Positions 14,395-23,567 of a DNA stretch of 32,000 nucleotides are shown in pieces. Source of the DNA: Erysipelotrichaceae bacterium MTC7 (lineage in GTDB: Bacteria > Bacillota_I > Bacilli_A > Erysipelotrichales > Erysipelotrichaceae); NCBI GenBank assembly GCA_001695645.1, contig LVZN01000012.1, positions 90,001-122,000 on the forward strand. The letters run 5' to 3'. The translations under genes were made by a program, and so were the position numbers. The notes under the pieces were generated by a model that saw only the letters and a list, made by a program, of their open reading frames with translations, ran no database searches and was not told the origin of the DNA. Position 1 is the stretch's first letter; each line of letters begins with the position of its first letter.

Positions 14395-15678
14395 ATGAGT
14401 TCAAAATGGAAATTGTTAGAAAATTCTCAAGGAGAATTGAAGATTAAAGTTGAAGGTGAAAAATGGTTAAAAGCCCAAGAAGCAGCTTTCAAAAAATTAG
14501 CGAAAGACATTGAAGCTAAAGGATTTAGAAAAGGGCAAGTACCTGAAAAAATCGCTCGTCAAAAAATTTCAGAACAAAGCATTCTGATGGAAGCAATTGA
14601 TGAAGTTGCAGGACACGCTTTACAAGAAGGAATTAAAGAACATGATTTATGGATCATTTCTCGTCCAGAATTAGCTGTTGATGAAATCACAAAAGAAGCA
14701 GTTATGTTAAAATTCAACGTGACTGTAAAACCAGAAGTTACATTAGGTGAATACAAAGGTCTAAAAATTAAAAAAGACAAAACAACAGTTACAGCAAAAG
14801 AAGTTAACGAACAACTTGAACAATTGCAAGCACGTTTCTCTGAACTTGTAGTTAAAGATAAAGGAACTGTAGAAAACGGTGACACAGCTGTTATCGATTT
14901 CGAAGGATTTAAAGATGGAGTTGCATTCGAAGGTGGAAAAGGTGAAAACTATCCATTGGAAATTGGATCTGGTTCATTCATTCCTGGATTTGAAGAACAA
15001 CTTATTGGTTTAAAAGCTGAAGAAGAAAAAGATATTCAAGTAACATTCCCTGAAAACTACGGAGCACCAGACTTAGCTGGTAAAGAAGTAACTTTCAAAG
15101 TAAAAGTTCACGAAATTAAAACAAAAGAACTTCCTGAAATTAACGATGACTTAATTAAAGATGCAGAAGTTAAAGATGTAGAAACTGTAGAAGACTACAA
15201 AAAATACGTGAAAAAGAACTTAAAAGAACAAAAAGAACAAGAAGCTGAAACAAACTTCGAAAACGAAATGTTAAAACAACTTGTTGATAATGCAAAAGTT
15301 GATGTACCACAAGTGATGGTTGATGATGAAGTTAACCAAATGGTAAATGATTTTGCACAACGTTTATCTGCACAAGGATTTGGTGTAGAACAATACTTCC
15401 AAATGACTGGAACAACAATGGAACAATTGCAAGAACAAATGCAACCAGAAGCACAAATGAAAGTTAACGTTCGTTTAGTTCTAGATAAAATTGCTGAAGT
15501 AGAAAATGTTGAAATTAGTGACAAAGATGTTGAAGTAGAATACGAAAACATCGCAAACAAATACGACATGGAAGTTGACAAAGTAAAAGAAGCTGTAAAT
15601 GCAGATGCTTTACAATATGACTTAAAACTTCAAAAAGCTGTTGAAATCGTAAAAGACAGCGTTGTACTAGAAAAATAA
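14395..15678 (+). CDS. tig: Trigger factor (ribosome-associated PPIase chaperone)
   Basis: N-terminal ribosome-binding region GFRKGQVP, central FKBP-like domain (GDTAVIDFEGFKDGVAFEGGKGENYPLEIGSGSFIPGFEEQLIG), and C-terminal arm domain. Confidence 0.92.
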   Translation: MSSKWKLLENSQGELKIKVEGEKWLKAQEAAFKKLAKDIEAKGFRKGQVPEKIARQKISEQSILMEAIDEVAGHALQEGIKEHDLWIISRPELAVDEITKEAVMLKFNVTVKPEVTLGEYKGLKIKKDKTTVTAKEVNEQLEQLQARFSELVVKDKGTVENGDTAVIDFEGFKDGVAFEGGKGENYPLEIGSGSFIPGFEEQLIGLKAEEEKDIQVTFPENYGAPDLAGKEVTFKVKVHEIKTKELPEINDDLIKDAEVKDVETVEDYKKYVKKNLKEQKEQEAETNFENEMLKQLVDNAKVDVPQVMVDDEVNQMVNDFAQRLSAQGFGVEQYFQMTGTTMEQLQEQMQPEAQMKVNVRLVLDKIAEVENVEISDKDVEVEYENIANKYDMEVDKVKEAVNADALQYDLKLQKAVEIVKDSVVLEK

Positions 15679-15700
15679 AAGACGCTAAAGCGTCTTTTTT
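15679..15700 (+). terminator. Rho-independent terminator between tig and lon
   Basis: GACGC-TAAA-GCGTC followed by T6. It ends 20 nt before the lon ATG. Confidence 0.7.
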
Positions 15701-15720
15701 GACCCATAAAGGAGGTAGTT

Positions 15721-18033
15721 ATGGAACAAGTAAAAATCGACTTGCCAATAGTTTGTACTAGAGGCGTCATTGTGTTTCCAAACAATGAAATCATTATTGA
15801 TGTTGGACGTAAGAAAAGTGTTTATGCCATTGAAGAAGCACAAGAACACTTCCAAAATCAAATCGTATTAGTTGCACAAAGAGATTTAACATTAGAAGAT
15901 CCTCGAATGAGTGATTTATATGAAGTTGGAACGATTTGTAACATTATGCATATCCGCCACATGGATGGGTACATGCGTGTAAAATTCAAAGGAGTTGAAC
16001 GTGCACGAATCCAAACATTAGAGTTCGGAGGAGATATGGTTTTTGGTAGTGTATTACCACTTGCTGATATTCAAGAAAATGCACAAGAGGAACTTGCTTT
16101 AGTTCGTCGTATCGCACACCAACTTGAAGATGTTGAAGGGTTTACACATGATTTACCAAAAGACATGATTAGTAAACTAGCTGAAGGTATTAGTGCAAAA
16201 CAATTGGCTGACCAAGTTGCACAAGTGTTCCCATTTTCAGTTGAAGCAAAACAACGTATTTTAGAAGCGGAAAAAGTAAATGACCGTTTACTATACATTA
16301 TCCAAGAGATGGAAAATGAAAAACAAATCAGTGATTTAGACAACCTAATTAATGATAAAGTAAAACAACGCTTGGATGAAAACCAACGCGAGTATTACTT
16401 ACGTGAAAAACTTCGTGCCATTAAAGAAGAATTAGGTGATGTGGCAGATCGCGATACGGATACAGAAGAGTACCGTAAAATGATCAATGAAAACCCATAT
16501 CCAGAAAACATTAAAGAGAAAGCGCTTGAAGAACTTTCTCGTTATGAAATGTTACCAAGTGCATCTGGCGAAAGTGGAGTTGTGAAAACATACCTTGATT
16601 GGTTGTTGAAACTTCCTTGGTGGCAAGAAAGTAAAGATAACGAAGATTTAAATAAAGCACAACAAGTGTTAGATGATGATCACTATGGTCTAGAAAAAGT
16701 AAAAGAAAGAATCATGGAATACCTTGCGGTAAAAACGATGACCAATTCTTTGAAAGCACCAATTATTTGTTTAGTTGGTCCTCCAGGTGTAGGGAAAACA
16801 TCATTGTCTAAATCGGTTGCACGTGCACTTGACCGTGAATTTGTTAAAATCTCCTTAGGTGGGGTAAAAGACGAAAGTGAAATTCGTGGACACCGTCGTA
16901 CCTATTTAGGTTCTATGCCTGGACGTTTCATCCAAGGTATGAAAAAAGCTGGTACGGTAAACCCTGTCTTCTTGATTGATGAAATCGATAAGATGGGTGC
17001 AGACTATAAAGGTGATCCTGCAAGTGCGATGTTAGAGGTGTTAGACCCAGAACAAAACTCATTCTTCTCTGATCACTATCTTGAAGAACCATATGATTTA
17101 AGTAAAGTTATGTTCATTGCAACAGCAAACTACTTGGATAATATTCCACATGCACTACAAGACCGTTTAGAAATTATTCAATTATCAAGTTATACTGAAA
17201 TTGAAAAACTGGAAATTGCAAAACGTCACCTTGTGCCTAAGCAATTGAAAGAAAACGGTTTAACTGACAAACAGTTTAAAATCTCTGATGATATGTTGAT
17301 GTATGTGATTAAACACTACACAAGAGAAAGTGGAGTACGTCAGTTAGAACGTGTGATTGCAAAATTGATCCGTAAAACAGTTCTAGTTATCTTGAAAAAT
17401 CAAAAGAAATCATTGACGATGACAAAGAAGAAAATTCAAGAATTCCTAGGAAAAGAAATTTTTGACTATGGACGAAAAGAGAAAAAAGACCAAGTTGGAA
17501 CGGTAACTGGATTGGCGTATACTTCATTTGGTGGAGACATCTTACAAGTGGAAGTTAACCACTTCGATGGAACAGGTAAACTTGTTGTTACAGGACAACT
17601 AGGTGATGTAATGAAAGAAAGTGCAAGCATTGCATACGATTATGTTAAAGCAAATGCTGACAAGTATCACATTGATCACAAGATGTTTAAAACGCAAGAT
17701 GTGCATATTCACGTACCCGAAGGAGCAGTACCAAAAGATGGTCCAAGTGCTGGAGTTACACTTACAACAGCCTTAATCTCTTCGTTATCAAACCAACCAG
17801 TGAAATCCGATTTAGCGATGACTGGGGAAGTTACACTACGTGGTAATGTTTTACCAATTGGTGGATTGAAGGAAAAATCAATGGCTGCACACCGCTCTGG
17901 AATCACGACGATTGTTATGCCAAAAGATAACGTAAAAGATCTTGATGATTTACCTGAAACAGTCAAAGAAGCAATTAAATTTATCCCTGTTGATCATGTA
18001 TCACAAGTGCTAAATGCTGCACTCGTGAAATAA
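15721..18033 (+). CDS. lon: ATP-dependent Lon protease (LonA)
   Basis: Lon N-terminal domain, Walker A GPPGVGKTS, Walker B FLIDEIDK, and catalytic PKDGPSAG with a downstream Lys. SD AAAGGAGG. Confidence 0.95.
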   Translation: MEQVKIDLPIVCTRGVIVFPNNEIIIDVGRKKSVYAIEEAQEHFQNQIVLVAQRDLTLEDPRMSDLYEVGTICNIMHIRHMDGYMRVKFKGVERARIQTLEFGGDMVFGSVLPLADIQENAQEELALVRRIAHQLEDVEGFTHDLPKDMISKLAEGISAKQLADQVAQVFPFSVEAKQRILEAEKVNDRLLYIIQEMENEKQISDLDNLINDKVKQRLDENQREYYLREKLRAIKEELGDVADRDTDTEEYRKMINENPYPENIKEKALEELSRYEMLPSASGESGVVKTYLDWLLKLPWWQESKDNEDLNKAQQVLDDDHYGLEKVKERIMEYLAVKTMTNSLKAPIICLVGPPGVGKTSLSKSVARALDREFVKISLGGVKDESEIRGHRRTYLGSMPGRFIQGMKKAGTVNPVFLIDEIDKMGADYKGDPASAMLEVLDPEQNSFFSDHYLEEPYDLSKVMFIATANYLDNIPHALQDRLEIIQLSSYTEIEKLEIAKRHLVPKQLKENGLTDKQFKISDDMLMYVIKHYTRESGVRQLERVIAKLIRKTVLVILKNQKKSLTMTKKKIQEFLGKEIFDYGRKEKKDQVGTVTGLAYTSFGGDILQVEVNHFDGTGKLVVTGQLGDVMKESASIAYDYVKANADKYHIDHKMFKTQDVHIHVPEGAVPKDGPSAGVTLTTALISSLSNQPVKSDLAMTGEVTLRGNVLPIGGLKEKSMAAHRSGITTIVMPKDNVKDLDDLPETVKEAIKFIPVDHVSQVLNAALVK

Positions 18034-18626
18034 TGAGAACGATACAAAACTGTGAGCTTGTGACATCTGCGCCAGATAAAAGTTTTTGGCCGGAGTCACA
18101 ACTCCCAGAAATTGTTTTAGCAGGGCGTAGTAATGTTGGTAAAAGTAGTTTTATTAACACCATGGTAAATCGTAAGAAACTTGCCTACGTGGGGAACACT
18201 CCAGGTAAAACAAGATTGTTGAATTTTTTCAACATTGACAATACGTTTCTGTTTGTAGATGTGCCTGGTTATGGATATGCCAACATTAGCAAACGTCAAT
18301 TACAGGCTTTTGGACAAATGATGGAGGATTACTTTGGTACACGTGAACAAAAAGTAGGATTGATCTTACTTGTTGATGCACGTCATAAACCAAGTGAAGA
18401 TGACATCACGATGATGGAGTATGCAAGATACCATCATTTACCAGTTGTTGTAGTTGCCACGAAAATTGATAAAATCAAGCGTAGTGAGATTACGAAAAAC
18501 ATGCGTAAGATTGCAATAACACTAGAAATTCCAGAAACTGAAATTATTCAATTCTCAAGTGAAACATCAAAGGGAAGAGAAGCTGTCTGGAAAAAAATCG
18601 ATGAATTATTAGAAAGTGCTGCATAG
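18033..18626 (+). CDS. engB: Ribosome biogenesis GTPase EngB/YsxC
   Basis: G1 GRSNVGKSS, G3 DVPGYG, G4 TKIDK. The start overlaps the lon stop (TAATG). Confidence 0.9.
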   Translation: MRTIQNCELVTSAPDKSFWPESQLPEIVLAGRSNVGKSSFINTMVNRKKLAYVGNTPGKTRLLNFFNIDNTFLFVDVPGYGYANISKRQLQAFGQMMEDYFGTREQKVGLILLVDARHKPSEDDITMMEYARYHHLPVVVVATKIDKIKRSEITKNMRKIAITLEIPETEIIQFSSETSKGREAVWKKIDELLESAA

Positions 18627-18636
18627 CACTTTTTTA
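18615..18636 (+). terminator. Rho-independent terminator after engB
   Basis: AGTGCT-GCAT-AGCACT followed by a T-run. It overlaps the stop codon. Confidence 0.7.
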
Positions 18637-18738
18637 TATTGATGATAAACTTTAAAATCATTCGATGAATAAAGCAATTTGGTTGAAATCGCACGTATAA
18701 TTGCCTATACTTAATGGGAAAGACAGGAGTGCATATAT

Positions 18739-19932
18739 ATGAAATATTTACAGATCACAGATGATTTTTACTGGATAGGTGTTGAAAACCCAGATTTACG
18801 TCGATTTGACATTATCATGGAGACAGAATTTGGAACAACTTACAACTCATACCTATTGAAAACAACAGAAGGAGTTGTGCTATTTGAAACGGTGAAAGAT
18901 AAATTCTTTGACGTTTATTTAGAAAAGGTAAAAGAACTGGTGAAACTTGAAGATATCAAGTATATCGTATGTAACCACACAGAACCAGATCACTCGGGTT
19001 CAATAGAAAAATTCTTAGAACTTAATCCAAACATTGAAATTCTTTCTACAATTGCTGCCCAAAATAACTTGAAGGAAATTGTTAATGGACCATTCAATGG
19101 ACGCATTGTTAAAGACCAAGAAGAACTTACAATCGGAGGACGTACGTTACGTTTTATTATGGCACCAAACTTACATTGGCCAGATACGATGTACACATAC
19201 ATCGTAGAAGAAGAAATTTTAATTACATGTGACTCATTTGGAGCGCACTATGCTACCAATGAAGTCTTACTTTCACAAGTTGCTAATCGTGAAAACTACG
19301 AACGTGCCTTTACGTACTATACAAATATGATTATGGGACCGTTTAAACCGTTTGTCGCAAAAGCGATGGATAAAATCCGAGATTTACCAATTCGTTATAT
19401 TGCAACAGGACATGGTTGCTTAATTGACCAGGAAGTTGAAGACTTTATCAAACGTTACGATGACTTTACAAAGGTAAAGGTAAATGAAGTGAAGAAGGTT
19501 GTTATTGCGTATGTGACAGCATATGGATATACGCGTGAAATGGCAAATATCATTAAAGCAGAATTAGAACAGCACAACCTACATGTTGAAATTTATGATC
19601 TTGTTGAAGACGATAATGATAAAGCTTATGAAGCGATTGTACAAGCTGACGGAGTTCTTTATGGATCTTGTACCATTGTTGGAGATGCACTTCCACCAAT
19701 TTGGCAATTAATGAACCGTGTCTTGACTGCTTATGATGGTATTAAAGTCGCTAGCGCTTTTGGAAGTTATGGATGGTCAGGAGAAGCAGTTCCAAACTTA
19801 ATGGTTCGTTTAAAACAACAAAAAATGAAACTTGTAGACGAAGGGTTACGCGTTAAATTTAAACCAAGTGAAGCACAAAAAGAAGAAATACGTGCTTATG
19901 CAGAAAACTTTGCAAAGGCACTTGTTGATTAA
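18739..19932 (+). CDS. Flavodiiron protein (FprA-type: metallo-beta-lactamase-like domain plus flavodoxin domain)
   Basis: Di-iron ligand motif NHTEPDHSGS, and a C-terminal flavodoxin-like VVIAYVTAYGYTREMA...GSCTIVGD. About 400 aa. Confidence 0.85.
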   Translation: MKYLQITDDFYWIGVENPDLRRFDIIMETEFGTTYNSYLLKTTEGVVLFETVKDKFFDVYLEKVKELVKLEDIKYIVCNHTEPDHSGSIEKFLELNPNIEILSTIAAQNNLKEIVNGPFNGRIVKDQEELTIGGRTLRFIMAPNLHWPDTMYTYIVEEEILITCDSFGAHYATNEVLLSQVANRENYERAFTYYTNMIMGPFKPFVAKAMDKIRDLPIRYIATGHGCLIDQEVEDFIKRYDDFTKVKVNEVKKVVIAYVTAYGYTREMANIIKAELEQHNLHVEIYDLVEDDNDKAYEAIVQADGVLYGSCTIVGDALPPIWQLMNRVLTAYDGIKVASAFGSYGWSGEAVPNLMVRLKQQKMKLVDEGLRVKFKPSEAQKEEIRAYAENFAKALVD

Positions 19933-19954
19933 AGTGAAAATCTTGGTATAATAG

Positions 19955-20180
19955 AGAAATAAAATACGATGAATAGAAGGAGTACTTACAAAGATTTAAT
20001 AGAGAGCTGTTGGTTGCTGAAAAACAGTAAATGGATGTAAGGAAGGTAGTCTAGGAGTAGATGTTCTGAGTTTAGTAAGAATGTCCGGTTACAGCCGTTA
20101 TCTGTTTAAGGCATACATTGTATGCAAATTAAGGTGGTACCACGAGCATTCGTCCTTTGGGATGGATGCTTTTTATTTTA
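19955..20180 (+). promoter_or_regulatory. T-box riboswitch leader, candidate valine (GUA) specifier
   Basis: Extended -10 TGGTATAAT (19944-19952). Stem I has GATGA, AGTA and AGAGAG elements. The upper helix CTTACA/TGTAAG flanks specifier loop GAAGGTAG (GUA at 20046-20048). T-box sequence AATTAAGGTGGTACCACG lies at 20127-20144 (UGGU complements ACCA). An 11-bp terminator at 20145-20170 is followed by TTTTATTTT. Confidence 0.85.
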
Positions 20181-20193
20181 ACAAGGAGCACAT

Positions 20194-20730
20194 ATGGAAC
20201 AACGATTTCAAATCGAAACGGATCGTTTACTTTTACGACAAATGAATCGTTCAGACTATGATGATTTAAAGAACATCTTGGCTGATCCAGAAGTGATGTA
20301 TGCTTATGAAGGTGGCTTTAGCGATACAGAAATTCAACAGTGGTTTGAAAAGCAACAAACACGCTACCAAAACGATGGGTTTGGTTTATGGGCTGTTGTG
20401 CTTAAACAAACTGGTAAGATGATTGGAAACTGTGGTTTAACCTACCAGCAAACACCGTGGGGAACTGTTTTAGAAGTTGGCTATCTATTTGCCTACGCAT
20501 ATTGGAATCGCGGGTATGCAAGTGAAGCAGCACGTGCTTGTGTCAATTATGCGTTTACACAACTGAAAGTTGATACGGTGTACGCTTTGATACGCGATAC
20601 CAATCAAGCTAGTATCCGTGTGGCAAAAGCGCTGGGGATGAAGGAAGAAAGTGAACGTAGCTTTGATAAACACTATCGTGGTGTAACCATGCGACACGTT
20701 ACATATAAATTAATAAAGAAGGAGAATCAG
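20194..20730 (+). other. GNAT domain portion of the fused ORF (would be a stand-alone 179-aa protein if a stop were present)
   Basis: SD AAGGAG lies 6 nt before ATG 20194. The reading frame continues ...AAG GAG AAT CAG ATG AGA... with no stop codon. Confidence 0.8.
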
Positions 20731-23349
20731 ATGAGAAACACATTAGAAGCAAAATATGATCATCAGAAAATTGAAAGCAAATACTATGATCATTGGGTAA
20801 AAAATGGCTATTTTACAGCAGGAGATACAAGTAAAACACCATATGCAATGGTGATTCCGCCGCCAAATGTAACAGGTAAGTTACACCTTGGACACGCCTG
20901 GGATACGACGTTACAAGACATCGTAGCTAGATACAAACGTTTGCAAGGATTTGATGTACTGTGGCTAGCAGGAATGGATCATGCGGGAATTGCAACGCAA
21001 GCAAAAGTTGATGAACGCCTAAAAACACAAGGGATTTCACGTTACGATATCGGACGTGAAAAGTTCTTGGAGCATGCGTGGAACTGGAAAGAAGAATATG
21101 CAAGCCATATTCGTGAACAGTGGGCAACTTTAGGATTGTCGCTTGATTATACAAGAGAACGTTTTACTTTGGATTCAGGGTTGAATCAAGCAGTAAACAA
21201 AATCTTTGTTGATTTATACAACGATGGATTGATTTATCAAGGGGAACGAATTATAAACTGGGACCCAGAAGCAAAAACTGCTTTATCAAACATCGAAGTT
21301 ATTCATAAAGAAATTGAAGGTGCAATGTATACCTTCAACTATAAAGTAGTGGAAACAGGACAAGAATTACAAGTTGCAACAACACGACCAGAAACAATGT
21401 TTGGCGATGTTTGTGTTGTGGTTCATCCAGATGATGCACGTTATAAAGATGTTGTTGGTTTACATGTCATCAACCCAGCAAATGGGCAAGAATTACCAAT
21501 TATTACCGATGACTACATTGATGTAGAATTTGGAACAGGAGTGATGAAATGTACACCTGCACATGATCCAAATGACTTTGTAATTGGTCAAAAATATCAT
21601 TTACCAATGCCAATTTGTATGAATCCTGATGGAACGATGAATGATTTGGCTGGAAAATATGTTGGAATGGACCGCTTTGCTTGTCGTAAAGCTCTAGTTG
21701 AAGATGCAAAAGCAGCTGGAACTTTGATCAAAATTGAAAAACATATGCACCAAGTAGGTCACTCGGAACGAACGGATGCGATTGTTGAACCATATCTTTC
21801 AAAACAATGGTTTGTAAAGATGCGCCCATTAGCGGATGAAGTAATTAAAAATCAAGAAATTGAAGATCAAAAAATCAACTTCACACCAAAACGATTTGAA
21901 CATACATTTAATCAGTGGTTAGAAAAAATTGAAGACTGGTGTATCTCACGCCAATTGTGGTGGGGACACAGAATTCCCGCTTGGTATCACAAAGATACTG
22001 GAGAAATCTATGTTGGATTACAAGCACCTGAGGATATTGATAACTGGCAACAAGATGAAGATGTATTGGATACATGGTTCTCAAGTGCACTATGGCCATT
22101 CTCAACACTTGGGTGGCCTGAAGAAACACCTGATTTTGAACGTTACTATCCAAATGATACATTAGTTACAGGATATGACATTATCTTCTTCTGGGTAGCT
22201 AGAATGGCATTTCAAGCACGCTATGCAACGCACAGTCGTCCGTTTAAAGACGTATTGATTCATGGGCTTGTTCGTGATGAACAAGGTCGTAAGATGTCTA
22301 AATCGCTTGGTAATGGAGTTGATCCGATGGATGTTATTGCAAACCATGGTTGTGATGCAATGCGTTTCTTTTTAACGACAAACTCTACACCGGGACAAGA
22401 TTTACGTTACATTGATGAAAAAGTAGATAGTTCAAGTAACTTTATAAACAAAATCTACAATGCATCAAAATTTGTTCTTATGCATATCACAGATACATTT
22501 GATCATGAAAGCATTGACTTAAGTAAAGCAACAACAATTGATAAATGGATTATTAAACGCTTTAATGAGACACTTAAAAATGTAAGTGAAAACATGGACC
22601 GTTTTGAGTTTGCTTTAGTTGGTAATGAATTGTATGCATTTATTTGGAACGACTTCTGTAACTGGTACATCGAATTAAGTAAAGCAAGTTTACAAAGTGA
22701 TGATCCAGGAGTAAAAACTGCTGCTAAATCGACACTATTACTGGTACTAGAAGGTATCTTAAAAATGCTTTCACCATTTATGCCATTTGTGACAGAAGAG
22801 ATTTATTTATCACTTCCACACATGCAAGAATCGATGAATCTTGAAACATGGCCAAGTGCAATTGCAACAGATATCATGGATGTAGAAATGGAAGAAGTAA
22901 AACGTTTGATTTCCATGGTTGAAGCAGTACGTGAAGTAAAAGCAACGTATAAACTTAAACCAAGTGCACCAGTAGAAGTACTTGTTAAAGATAGAGAAGA
23001 AAACGTTGAAGCTACGAATACCTTCATTAATGCATTCCTTGAACAAATGTGTAAAGCAACTTGGGTAACTGATGCAAAAGCAGAAGAAATGGTTGTACGA
23101 CCAGTGTATCAAGGTTCGATTTCAATTCCTTTGGCATCATTAATTGATATTGAAGAAGAAAAGAAAAAATTGGAATCTGACAAGAAAAAACTTGAAGGTG
23201 AAATCAAACGTGCGGAAGGTATGCTTGCCAATCCAAATTTCACCAACAAAGCTCCAGAAGCTAAAGTTCATGCAGAAAAAGAGAAGTTGGAAAACTATAA
23301 AAACCAATATGATATTGTTGTAAAGCGATTATCAGAATTACAAAAATAA
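20194..23349 (+). CDS. valS: GNAT N-acetyltransferase (RimJ/RimL/Acetyltransf_3-type) fused in frame to valyl-tRNA synthetase
   Basis: One uninterrupted 1051-codon ORF. Residues 1-179 form a GNAT (ETDRLLLRQMNRSDYDDLKNILADPEVMYAY, WNRGYASEAARACVNYAF). From Met180 it is canonical ValS (PPPNVTGKLHLGHA, KMSKS, C-terminal coiled coil). An internal SD AAGGAG lies 7 nt before ATG 20731. Confidence 0.9.
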   Translation: MEQRFQIETDRLLLRQMNRSDYDDLKNILADPEVMYAYEGGFSDTEIQQWFEKQQTRYQNDGFGLWAVVLKQTGKMIGNCGLTYQQTPWGTVLEVGYLFAYAYWNRGYASEAARACVNYAFTQLKVDTVYALIRDTNQASIRVAKALGMKEESERSFDKHYRGVTMRHVTYKLIKKENQMRNTLEAKYDHQKIESKYYDHWVKNGYFTAGDTSKTPYAMVIPPPNVTGKLHLGHAWDTTLQDIVARYKRLQGFDVLWLAGMDHAGIATQAKVDERLKTQGISRYDIGREKFLEHAWNWKEEYASHIREQWATLGLSLDYTRERFTLDSGLNQAVNKIFVDLYNDGLIYQGERIINWDPEAKTALSNIEVIHKEIEGAMYTFNYKVVETGQELQVATTRPETMFGDVCVVVHPDDARYKDVVGLHVINPANGQELPIITDDYIDVEFGTGVMKCTPAHDPNDFVIGQKYHLPMPICMNPDGTMNDLAGKYVGMDRFACRKALVEDAKAAGTLIKIEKHMHQVGHSERTDAIVEPYLSKQWFVKMRPLADEVIKNQEIEDQKINFTPKRFEHTFNQWLEKIEDWCISRQLWWGHRIPAWYHKDTGEIYVGLQAPEDIDNWQQDEDVLDTWFSSALWPFSTLGWPEETPDFERYYPNDTLVTGYDIIFFWVARMAFQARYATHSRPFKDVLIHGLVRDEQGRKMSKSLGNGVDPMDVIANHGCDAMRFFLTTNSTPGQDLRYIDEKVDSSSNFINKIYNASKFVLMHITDTFDHESIDLSKATTIDKWIIKRFNETLKNVSENMDRFEFALVGNELYAFIWNDFCNWYIELSKASLQSDDPGVKTAAKSTLLLVLEGILKMLSPFMPFVTEEIYLSLPHMQESMNLETWPSAIATDIMDVEMEEVKRLISMVEAVREVKATYKLKPSAPVEVLVKDREENVEATNTFINAFLEQMCKATWVTDAKAEEMVVRPVYQGSISIPLASLIDIEEEKKKLESDKKKLEGEIKRAEGMLANPNFTNKAPEAKVHAEKEKLENYKNQYDIVVKRLSELQK

Positions 23350-23567
23350 AACACGAAACGTAAGCTATATCAAAAAAGCGTATTCCTTAGAAACGAAACA
23401 GTTCCTGAGATAACGCTTTTTTTATTTGCATATTTTACCCAAAATTTCCAAATATCCTACCGTTTATGACCACTCGCTATGGGTGTCAGTGGTATTCACT
23501 GTATAGTTTCGATATAATAATACTTGTGAAAACGATTACACAGTTGATTGATAAGGAGGTCCTATAT

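Noticed and set aside
20042-20049. Reading the T-box specifier as GGU (Gly) from GAA-GGU-A
   Set aside because: With the helices CTTACA/TGTAAG above and TAGA/TCTA below, the last loop triplet before the conserved purine is GUA (Val). This agrees with the downstream ValS and with UGGU pairing to an A73-CCA end. The register is hand-drawn and should be confirmed by covariance-model alignment.
23374-23425. Terminator after valS (AAAAAGCGT...ACGCTTTTTTT)
   Set aside because: The arms enclose a loop of about 38 nt with no convincing inner helix. It is too weak to call as a feature, although the T-run suggests some termination.
23466-23567. Upstream extension of ppdK (track start 23466)
   Set aside because: The extension (MTTRYGCQWYSLYSF...) has no SD. 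A strong AAGGAGG precedes ATG 23568, which gives the canonical PPDK N-terminus.
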